A stretch of DNA of 64,000 nt from an uncultured Verrucomicrobiae bacterium (GTDB lineage: Bacteria > Verrucomicrobiota > Verrucomicrobiia > Limisphaerales > Palsa-1400). The position numbers and the translations under genes were made by a program. Positions within the stretch are counted from its first letter, which is position 1, and the number at the start of each line of letters is the position of its first letter. The notes beneath the pieces were generated by a model, which searched no databases, was not told where the DNA came from, and was given only the letters and a program-made list of their open reading frames with translations. The stretch covers positions 4,672,001 through 4,736,000 of the forward strand of contig OY969763.1 of assembly GCA_963702845.1 (NCBI GenBank), in the 5' to 3' direction. Below, piece after piece: positions 40,586 through 48,187 of the stretch.

Positions 40586-42366
40586 GCAAGTTACTCGACT
40601 GGCTCGACCACCGCACCGGTTGCCGCAAGCTCACGCACGAGGCGCTCTACGAAAACGTTCCCGGCGGCGCGCGCTGGCGCTACGTATGGGGCAGCACGCT
40701 CACGTTTACTTTTGCGATTCAAATCATCACTGGCCTCGCCTTGTGGGCCGCTTATTCGCCAAGTTCGCAAACCGCCTGGGAAAGCGTTTTCTACATCCAG
40801 AATCACATGAGCGGAGGATGGATTTTGCGCGGCATCCATCACTACACCGCGCAAGCGATGAACATCCTGCTCGTGCTCCATTTGATGCAGGTCATCATTG
40901 ACGGCGCTTACAAAGCTCCGCGCGAAGTGAATTATTGGTTCGGCCTCGCGCTCCTCGTTCTTGTCCTCGGACTGTCACTCACCGGCTATCTGCTGCCGTG
41001 GGATCAAAAAGGCTATTGGGCAACAAAAGTCGCCACTAACATCGCCGCCATCACCCCGTTCGTCGGAACTGCCGTTCAAAAAATTATCGTCGGCGGCGTT
41101 GACTACGGCCATCACACGTTGACCCGTTTTTTTGCACTGCACGCTGGCGTCCTTCCCGGTGCCGTCATCGTTTTGATTGTCGGCCACGTCGCGCTCTTCC
41201 GTCGTCACGGCATCACCGCAAAGAAGCCTTACCGCAAACCCGACGCAGCCTTCTGGCCTGACCAAATGCTGATCGATTCAGTCGCCTGCCTCGCCGTAAC
41301 TGCCGCCGTCATGGTGCTTGTCCTTAAAAACCACGGAGCCGAGTTAGGTCCGCCGGCAGATGCTTCAGAAAATTTCTCCGCTGCGCGTCCCGAATGGTAT
41401 TTCCTGTTCCTGTTCCAGTTCCTCAAATACTTCCCCGGCGGCACGGAAGTTCTGGGTGCGATTGCCATTCCCACCGTCATCATGCTGCTCTTGTTCCTCA
41501 TGCCCGTAATTGGTCGCAAGACCGGCGGGCACAAGTTCAACGTCGCATTATTGTTTGCGCTCATCGTCGGCGCAGCCGCGCTCACGTATGCAGCCGTTCG
41601 GGAAGATCAACATCGTCCCGAAATCATAGCTGCGAAAAATCAGGCCCAACAATCGGCCGAGCGCGTCAAAGACCTCGCTAATTCTCCGCAGGGCATCCCG
41701 CCAACCGGCGCAATTAGTCTCTTGCGCAACGATCCATTGACCCAAGGCCCAAAGCTGTTCGCTAAATACTGCGCCAGTTGCCATCGCTACGACGGCCACG
41801 ATGGCACCGGGCTGAAACTCAAGGAAGCTCCCACCGCCAGCGACTTAAAAGGTTTCGGCTCGCGCGAATGGCTCTCCGGTTTGCTCGATCCCAACCAAGT
41901 GAGCGGCGTGCAATACTTTGGCGGCACCAAATTCAAGAACGGCAAAATGGTGAAATTCGTCACCCGCAAAGTGCGCGGCTTCTCGCCAGAACAAAAAGCT
42001 GAACTCACCAACGTCATCGCCGCCATTTCCGCGGAAGCCTCACTGAAATCGCAAAAGCAACTCGATGCATCCAGCACCGCCCAAATCCAACAAGGCGTGC
42101 ACTCATTCAAAAACGGCGTCGGTTGCGCCGAATGCCACCAGTTCCATTCCAAAGACGCCGACGCCTCTGGCCCTGATCTCACCGGCTGGGGTTCGCGTGA
42201 ATGGATCGTCGGCATGATCAGCAACCCCAAATCCATTCACTACTACGCCGAAGACAACGATCGCATGCCCGCCTTCGCCGACGAAAAGATTTTGGACGCA
42301 CAATCAATCGGCTTGCTGGCCGACTGGCTTCGCGGCGAATGGTACGATCCAGCCGAAGCTCGATAA
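40582..42366 (+). CDS. Cytochrome b (b6 plus subunit IV type) fused to a di-heme cytochrome c
   Basis: RGIHHY..LHL, TGYLLPWDQKGYWA, TLTRFFALH..GH, RPEWYFLF, CASCH and CAECH, RMPAF. Confidence 0.93.
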   Translation: MSKLLDWLDHRTGCRKLTHEALYENVPGGARWRYVWGSTLTFTFAIQIITGLALWAAYSPSSQTAWESVFYIQNHMSGGWILRGIHHYTAQAMNILLVLHLMQVIIDGAYKAPREVNYWFGLALLVLVLGLSLTGYLLPWDQKGYWATKVATNIAAITPFVGTAVQKIIVGGVDYGHHTLTRFFALHAGVLPGAVIVLIVGHVALFRRHGITAKKPYRKPDAAFWPDQMLIDSVACLAVTAAVMVLVLKNHGAELGPPADASENFSAARPEWYFLFLFQFLKYFPGGTEVLGAIAIPTVIMLLLFLMPVIGRKTGGHKFNVALLFALIVGAAALTYAAVREDQHRPEIIAAKNQAQQSAERVKDLANSPQGIPPTGAISLLRNDPLTQGPKLFAKYCASCHRYDGHDGTGLKLKEAPTASDLKGFGSREWLSGLLDPNQVSGVQYFGGTKFKNGKMVKFVTRKVRGFSPEQKAELTNVIAAISAEASLKSQKQLDASSTAQIQQGVHSFKNGVGCAECHQFHSKDADASGPDLTGWGSREWIVGMISNPKSIHYYAEDNDRMPAFADEKILDAQSIGLLADWLRGEWYDPAEAR

Positions 42367-42428
42367 CTTTGGAGTTTAGAGCTTTTGCGAAACCAACTAC
42401 GTCCACCAAACGTCTGTTTCAAAAACTC

Positions 42429-43742
42429 ATGCACCGCCTAATAGCTGCCCTCCTCCTGGCAATCGCCTTCGCGCCCAATGTCAGCGCCGCCGCCAAAAAA
42501 CCAAACATCCTCTTCATCTTGTGCGACGACATGGGCTACGAATGTCTGAACTGTTACGGCGGCACTTCCTACAAAACGCCGAACATCGACACCTTGGCCG
42601 CTTCGGGAATTCGCTTTCGCAACGCCTACGCCACTCCGCTCTGCTCGCCGTCGCGTGTTGAGTTGATGACGGGGCGATACGGTTTTCGCACCGGCTGGAT
42701 TAACCTGATCGGGCGCGGCGACGATGCGATGGAATATTTCGAACCGAATAAAGAACGCACCTTCGGCCACGTCTTGAAATCGGCGGGGTACGCCACCGCT
42801 CTCGCCGGTAAATGGCAGCTCTGCAACTTCACCGATCATCCCGATCACGTGAACAAATGCGGCTTCGACGAATACTGCTGTTGGACCTGGCAACTAAACG
42901 GGAAGCGAACCTCCCGTTATTGGGAGCCGTCCATTTGGCAGAATGGCAAAGAAAAGAAAGATCTTCAGGAGCCGTATGGCGAAGATATTTTTTGTAATTT
43001 CCTGATCGATTTCATGAAGCGTCATCGTGACGAACCGTTCTTTGCTTATTATCCGATGGTGCTCGTTCACGAGCCGCACACGGCCACGCCCGACAGCAAA
43101 GGTGCGACCAAAGCCCAAAAAAGCGGCAAAGCCGAGAAGGGCGGCGGCGTGGAAGGTAAGCGCCGACGTGCCACGAAGTTATTTCCCGGCATGGTGCAAT
43201 ACATGGACAAAACCGTCGGACGCCTCATGGCCGCATTGGATGAACTCGGCCTCCGCGACAATACAATTATCGTCTTCACCGGCGACAATGGCACAGATCG
43301 CAGTGTCTTTTCGAAAATTGGCGACGTCACCGTGCAAGGCGGTAAAGGAACGGTCGCTGAATTCGGCACCCACGTTCCTTTCATTGTGAGTTGGAGAGGC
43401 ACGATCAAACCGGCGCAGACCAAAGATGATTTGATCGACTTCAGCGACGTGCTCCCGACCATCGCCGAACTCGGCGGCGCGAAGCTACCCAACGCGACCA
43501 TCGACGGCAAAAGTTTCGCCCGCCAACTAACGACCGAAACCGCACCGGCCCGCCAATGGATTTTCAGTCAACTTGGTCATAAGAAACTCGCGCGCGACCA
43601 ACGTTTCATGCTGCACGACGACGGAAGCATCTACGACGTGATTCACGATCCGTTTGAAAAGAAAAACTTGGCGGACAGCAAAGACGCGGAGGTCACGACA
43701 TCAAAAGCGCGCCTGCAAAAAGTGCTGACGGACCTGCGCTGA
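42429..43742 (+). CDS. Sulfatase (formylglycine-dependent S1 family), secreted
   Basis: Signal peptide, KPNILFILCDDMG, CSPSR motif, LMTGRY, GKW, FTGDNG, GGKG. Confidence 0.93.
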   Translation: MHRLIAALLLAIAFAPNVSAAAKKPNILFILCDDMGYECLNCYGGTSYKTPNIDTLAASGIRFRNAYATPLCSPSRVELMTGRYGFRTGWINLIGRGDDAMEYFEPNKERTFGHVLKSAGYATALAGKWQLCNFTDHPDHVNKCGFDEYCCWTWQLNGKRTSRYWEPSIWQNGKEKKDLQEPYGEDIFCNFLIDFMKRHRDEPFFAYYPMVLVHEPHTATPDSKGATKAQKSGKAEKGGGVEGKRRRATKLFPGMVQYMDKTVGRLMAALDELGLRDNTIIVFTGDNGTDRSVFSKIGDVTVQGGKGTVAEFGTHVPFIVSWRGTIKPAQTKDDLIDFSDVLPTIAELGGAKLPNATIDGKSFARQLTTETAPARQWIFSQLGHKKLARDQRFMLHDDGSIYDVIHDPFEKKNLADSKDAEVTTSKARLQKVLTDLR

Positions 43743-43749
43743 TTCGCGT

Positions 43750-43769
43750 GTGGTTCCGGCTTCAGCCGG
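43750..43769 (+). repeat. REP-like hairpin
   Basis: GTGG-TT-CCGGCT-TC-AGCCGG between convergent genes. Confidence 0.5.
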
Positions 43770-43803
43770 CATCGTGCGTAACAGGAGATGATTGGAAAAG
43801 GAA

Positions 43804-44196
43804 TTACGGCTTAGCGGCGAGCGGTGCACGCAACGCCATCTTGATCGTCTGAATCAACGTCGACGGCGCGTAAGGTTTCTGCAGAAATTGAAATCCCTCT
43901 GGCAGCGGCAATCCTTTGCACGCTTCATCGTAGCTGTAGCCGGTTGTGAAAACCACTTTCAACTCTGGGTTTTCACCAATGAACTTGTCCGCCAGTTCGC
44001 GCCCGTTCATGCCATCCGGCAGCATCAAGTCGGTCAACAGCAAATCAATCTGTCCCTTCTTCTGAGCCCATTTCTCCAAAGCCATCGCACCCGACGACGC
44101 CTCCACCACCCGGCAGCCGAAACGTTCGAGAACCTTTCGGACCAGTAAGCGCAAAGACTGCTCGTCTTCGACAAGAAACACTGTCGGTGTGTGCAT
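43804..44196 (-). CDS. Stand-alone response regulator receiver protein
   Basis: LVEDE, LLTDLMLP, FTTGY, LQKPY. Confidence 0.92.
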   Translation of the reverse strand: MHTPTVFLVEDEQSLRLLVRKVLERFGCRVVEASSGAMALEKWAQKKGQIDLLLTDLMLPDGMNGRELADKFIGENPELKVVFTTGYSYDEACKGLPLPEGFQFLQKPYAPSTLIQTIKMALRAPLAAKP

Positions 44197-44213
44197 AAAA
44201 ACGGGTTTAAGAT

Positions 44214-44229
44214 AGCAGCGAACGTGCCA
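44214..44229 (-). promoter_or_regulatory. Putative sigma54 promoter of the receiver gene
   Basis: Minus strand TGGCACGTTCGCTGCT, GG-N10-GC, about 18 bp before the ATG. Confidence 0.65.
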
Positions 44230-44266
44230 TTCGCTTGACGGAGAACCGAAAACAAGACCTTGTCAA

Positions 44267-45472
44267 TCAACCACATCGCTCAATCACTGCCACGATTCCC
44301 TGCCCCACCCCAATGCACATCGCGCAAAGTGCGTAACGTGCGTTGGTCCGCTGCAGTTGCCAGGTCGCCGTCGTGATCAACCGCGCCCCGCTCATGCCGA
44401 GAGGATGTCCCAACGCAATCGCCCCGCCTTGCGGATTGATGCGAGGATCATTGTCAGCCAACCCAAGCTCCCGCATAGACGCCAACGCTTGCGAAGCAAA
44501 CGCTTCGTTGAACTCGAGAATATCCATTTGTTCCAGGGACATCTTCAAACGCGCCAAAAGTTTTCGCGTCGCCGGCACCGGCCCAATGCCCATGATGCGC
44601 GGGGAAACACCTGCAGCGGCAACACCCAACACGCGCGCTTTGGGCACGAGATTGAATTGCTTCACCGCCGACTCACTTCCAATCAGCAACCCCGCCGCAC
44701 CGTCATTAATTCCAGATGCGTTCCCAGCCGTGACCGTCCCATCCCGTCGCACGATAGGTTTCAGTTCTGCCAATTTTTCAAGCGTAGTCGCGCGCGGATG
44801 TTCATCACGTTTTACAACGATTGGTTCACCTTTGCGTTGCGGCAAACAAACCGAAATCAGTTCGGCATCGAACAATCCGTTCGCCTGCGCGGTGGCGGCT
44901 TTGGTCTGACTCCAAAAAGCAAACTTGTCCTGGTCTTCGCGACTGATCCCAAATTTCGCCACTAAATTCTCAGCCGTCTCCGCCATCGAATCCGTCCCGT
45001 AAAGCTCCTGCATTCGTTTGTTCACGAAATGCCAACCGAGCGTCGTGTCATAAATCTCAGCCTGTCGCGAAAACGCCTCCGTTGGTTTCGGCATCACATA
45101 AGGCGCGCGCGACATGCTTTCCACTCCGCCCGCAATCATCAAATCAGCTTCACCCGCTGCGATCGCCCGCGCCGCATAACCCACCGCATCCATCCCCGAA
45201 CCACACAACCGATTCACCGTGCAACCAGAAATTGATTCAGGAAGTCCGGACAACAACGCCGCCATTCGAGCCACGTTTCGGTTGTCCTCACCAGCTTGAT
45301 TCGCACATCCTAAAACCACGTCGTCCACCGCCGTCCAATCAACGCTCGGATTGCGCTCCATCAATGCCTTGATTGGCAATGCCGCCAGGTCATCGGCACG
45401 AATGCTCGACAACGCGCCGCCATAACGCCCAATCGGCGTCCGCACCGCATCGCAAATATAGGCTGCGTTCAT
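44267..45472 (-). CDS. pcaF: 3-oxoadipyl-CoA thiolase-like (PcaF/PaaJ subfamily)
   Basis: RTPIGRYGGALSSIRADDL, GCANQAGEDNRNVARM, NRLCGSG, IYDTTLGW, NEAFA, GAIALGHPLGMSGAR, MCIGVGQG. Confidence 0.88.
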   Translation of the reverse strand: MNAAYICDAVRTPIGRYGGALSSIRADDLAALPIKALMERNPSVDWTAVDDVVLGCANQAGEDNRNVARMAALLSGLPESISGCTVNRLCGSGMDAVGYAARAIAAGEADLMIAGGVESMSRAPYVMPKPTEAFSRQAEIYDTTLGWHFVNKRMQELYGTDSMAETAENLVAKFGISREDQDKFAFWSQTKAATAQANGLFDAELISVCLPQRKGEPIVVKRDEHPRATTLEKLAELKPIVRRDGTVTAGNASGINDGAAGLLIGSESAVKQFNLVPKARVLGVAAAGVSPRIMGIGPVPATRKLLARLKMSLEQMDILEFNEAFASQALASMRELGLADNDPRINPQGGAIALGHPLGMSGARLITTATWQLQRTNARYALCAMCIGVGQGIVAVIERCG

Positions 45473-46815
45473 TTTGTCGTTGCCGTCGTCTTTACGTCGG
45501 GAAGTTTAGAATCCTTTACTTGTTTGAGCCCCGTCTTTAGCGCAACGCAAAGCTCATCGATTTCGGTCTCTGTCATCGGCGTCGACAGCGTCCCAGTGCC
45601 GGTCCACATGAGCATCACATTCTTGACGAAGAGATGATCCACTAGCGTATGCAAGCACTTCGCCTGTTCCGGCGTTGCATACGCTTCGCGATAATTGTTC
45701 GGCGGTTCAGTTTTGAAATGGATTCGGAACATCGAACCCGCTCCAGTGACGCACGCCGGAACGCCAGCTTCACAGATCGTTGCCGCAATTTGCGATCGCG
45801 CTTGGGCGCCAAGTTTGTTTAATCGTGCAACAGCCGGACGATCGAACGCATTCATAGCGGCGAGGCCTGCTACCATCGTGATGGGATTCGCCGAGAACGT
45901 GCCCGAGTGCGGGAACAAAACGCGTTCCAACAATGGATTGAATACATCCATCACATCCGCGCGGCCGGCGATGGCACCAACGGGAAAACCGCCGCCGATG
46001 ATCTTGCCCAGTGCGGTCAAATCCGGCTCCAAGCCATACCATTGCAGCGCGCCGCCGTATTCGCTACGAAACGTGATCACTTCGTCAAACACCAGCAACG
46101 CATCGTGCGTCGTCGTCCATTTGCGCAACGCATTCACAAAATCCTGCGTCGCCGGGATAACACCGACCCGGTGCGGCATAGGATCGATCAGCACGCACGC
46201 AAGGTCATCGGCGTGCTCATCGAGGAGCGCAAGTGCGGTTTCCGGATCGTTGAACGGAAGAACGACAACTTCATCCAATGCCGATTGCGGCGTCCCGTGT
46301 ACCACCGGCACGCTCCGTGGATGATTGGCATCACCCCAATTCGCGGGGTGCGCCGATTGGCTCGTCTCCGCATAGTCGTAGATGCCGTGATACGCGCCTT
46401 CGACCTTCGCGATCTTCGGACGGCCGGTAAATGCACGCGCCGCTTTCAAGCAACACATCACCGCCTCTGTCCCGGAATTAACAAATCGAATTTTCTCAAA
46501 CGCCGTCGAGCGTGAACACATGTATTCCGCCAACAAAATTTCCTCTTCCGTCGCATACGAATACGCGGTGCCGCGTTGCAATTGCTTTGTCACCGCCTCG
46601 ACGATCGCCGGATGCGAATGGCCATGGATCAGCGACGTCATGTTGTTCGCAAAATCGATGCGTGTGACGCCTTCAATATCGGTGAACCGACAGCCTTTGC
46701 CGTGACTGGTATAAATCGGATGCGGCTTGCTCAGCACGGCGTTCCGACTCACGCCGCCGGGCAAAACGCGAACGGCACGCTGATACAGTTGACTGCTCTT
46801 CGATGAGTGGCTCAC
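45469..46815 (-). CDS. Class III PLP aminotransferase, HemL-related beta-amino-acid transaminase type
   Basis: PGGVSR (Arg where HemL has NSPVR), RFVNSGTEA, AYHG, FDEVITFR, ALGKIIGGGFPVGA, HSGTFSANP. Confidence 0.88.
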   Translation of the reverse strand: MSHSSKSSQLYQRAVRVLPGGVSRNAVLSKPHPIYTSHGKGCRFTDIEGVTRIDFANNMTSLIHGHSHPAIVEAVTKQLQRGTAYSYATEEEILLAEYMCSRSTAFEKIRFVNSGTEAVMCCLKAARAFTGRPKIAKVEGAYHGIYDYAETSQSAHPANWGDANHPRSVPVVHGTPQSALDEVVVLPFNDPETALALLDEHADDLACVLIDPMPHRVGVIPATQDFVNALRKWTTTHDALLVFDEVITFRSEYGGALQWYGLEPDLTALGKIIGGGFPVGAIAGRADVMDVFNPLLERVLFPHSGTFSANPITMVAGLAAMNAFDRPAVARLNKLGAQARSQIAATICEAGVPACVTGAGSMFRIHFKTEPPNNYREAYATPEQAKCLHTLVDHLFVKNVMLMWTGTGTLSTPMTETEIDELCVALKTGLKQVKDSKLPDVKTTATTK

Positions 46816-47480
46816 GACTTCATCCTCGAAAGTAAATTGGTTCCAGTCCGCTTCTGCACCTGGTCGAAGTTCACACCAGGAGCAAGGTCGGCCACGATGA
46901 GACCTTCGGGTGTAACATCGATGACCGCAAGGTTCGTGTATATACGATCAACGACTGCTTTGCCAGTCAGCGGATACGTGCAGTGCTCAACGATTTTTGG
47001 CTCCCCGTTTTTGGTGGTGTGCTCGGTGATGACAAAAATTTTCTTAACGCCCCCGACCAGATCCATTGCGCCACCCACCGCTGGAATCGCAACCGGCTCA
47101 CCTGTTGACCAATTAGCCAAATCACCCGTTGCTGAAACCTGCATCGCGCCCAGCACGCAAATATCGATGTGCCCGCCACGAATCATCACGAAACTATCCG
47201 CATGATGAAAATAGGACGCCCCCGCAATCGCCGTCACCGCTTTTTTGCCGGCGTTGATCAACTCCGGGTCTTCGTTGCCCGGAATCGGAGCGGGTCCCAT
47301 CCCGAGCAATCCATTTTCTGTTTGAAAAATTACTTCGCGCCCGGCCGGGACGTATTGCGCAACCAATTCCGGAATTCCAATTCCAAGATTCACATACGCG
47401 CCGTCCTGAATGTCCGCAGCGACACGTTGCGCCATCTGCTCACGCGTCCACCCGTAAGTTGATTTTGCCACAGCGCTCAT
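46812..47480 (-). CDS. pcaJ: 3-oxoacid CoA-transferase subunit B (PcaJ-like)
   Basis: YVNLGIGIP, QTENG (catalytic Glu), LINAGK, MIRGGHID, GDLANW, AVGGAMDL. Confidence 0.88.
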   Translation of the reverse strand: MSAVAKSTYGWTREQMAQRVAADIQDGAYVNLGIGIPELVAQYVPAGREVIFQTENGLLGMGPAPIPGNEDPELINAGKKAVTAIAGASYFHHADSFVMIRGGHIDICVLGAMQVSATGDLANWSTGEPVAIPAVGGAMDLVGGVKKIFVITEHTTKNGEPKIVEHCTYPLTGKAVVDRIYTNLAVIDVTPEGLIVADLAPGVNFDQVQKRTGTNLLSRMKS

Positions 47481-48187
47481 GGATAACTCCTGTCTTCTCT
47501 TACCAATTGCGATTCCTGCGCCGGATTCGCAACCACAATGAGCCGGTTCACAAAAATACCGGGCGTCACAATGTCTTCCGGATCAAGTTCGCCCGCTTCC
47601 ACAATTTCTTTCACTTGCACGATTGCGATCTTCGCCGCCGTGCACATGATCGGCCCAAAATTCCGCGCCGTCTTGCTGTAGACAAGATTACCATGTCGGT
47701 CCGCCTTCTCCGCCTTGATCAGAGCAAAGTCGGCAATCAACCCGCGTTCCATCACGTATTCGCGCTCGCCGAACGTGCGCGATTCTTTTCCATTGGCGAG
47801 CACCGTCCCGACCGATGTCGCCGTGTAAAATGCCGGAATCCCAGCGCCTCCCGCACGAATGCGCTCAGCCAACGTCCCTTGTGGCACAAGCTCCAGCTGA
47901 ATCTCGCCTTTGCGATACAGCTCGGGAAACACCATCGAATTCGCGCTCCGCGGATACGAACAAATCATCTTCGCGACCTGTCGATTTGCAATCAACGCCG
48001 CCAAGCCAACGCGTCCGCTGCCGGTGTTGTTGCTTACGATCGTCAGATTCTTCGCCCCTCGATCCACTAGTGCATGGATCAACTCAATCGGACTGCCGGC
48101 CTCACCAAACCCGCTGATCATAATCGTCGCGCCATCGTGGATGTCCGCGACGGACGAAGCCAACGACGTTGCGCGTTTGTTAATCAT
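47477..48187 (-). CDS. pcaI: 3-oxoacid CoA-transferase subunit A (PcaI-like)
   Basis: Start MINKRATS (48187); GFGEAGSP, SNNTG, ICSYPR, PQGTLAERIRAGGAGIPAFYT, TARNFGP, VTPGIFV. Confidence 0.88.
   Translation of the reverse strand: MINKRATSLASSVADIHDGATIMISGFGEAGSPIELIHALVDRGAKNLTIVSNNTGSGRVGLAALIANRQVAKMICSYPRSANSMVFPELYRKGEIQLELVPQGTLAERIRAGGAGIPAFYTATSVGTVLANGKESRTFGEREYVMERGLIADFALIKAEKADRHGNLVYSKTARNFGPIMCTAAKIAIVQVKEIVEAGELDPEDIVTPGIFVNRLIVVANPAQESQLVREDRSYP

Noticed and set aside
45469..46815. Calling this gene hemL
   Set aside because: Lacks the NSPVR motif and has no tetrapyrrole context; it is coupled to CoA-transferase and thiolase genes.
44267..48187. Ordinary aromatic beta-ketoadipate (pca) cluster
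   Set aside because: No ring-cleavage, lactonase, pcaR or transporter genes here, and the genes are interleaved with an aminotransferase and an aminomutase. Such genes elsewhere in the genome cannot be excluded.
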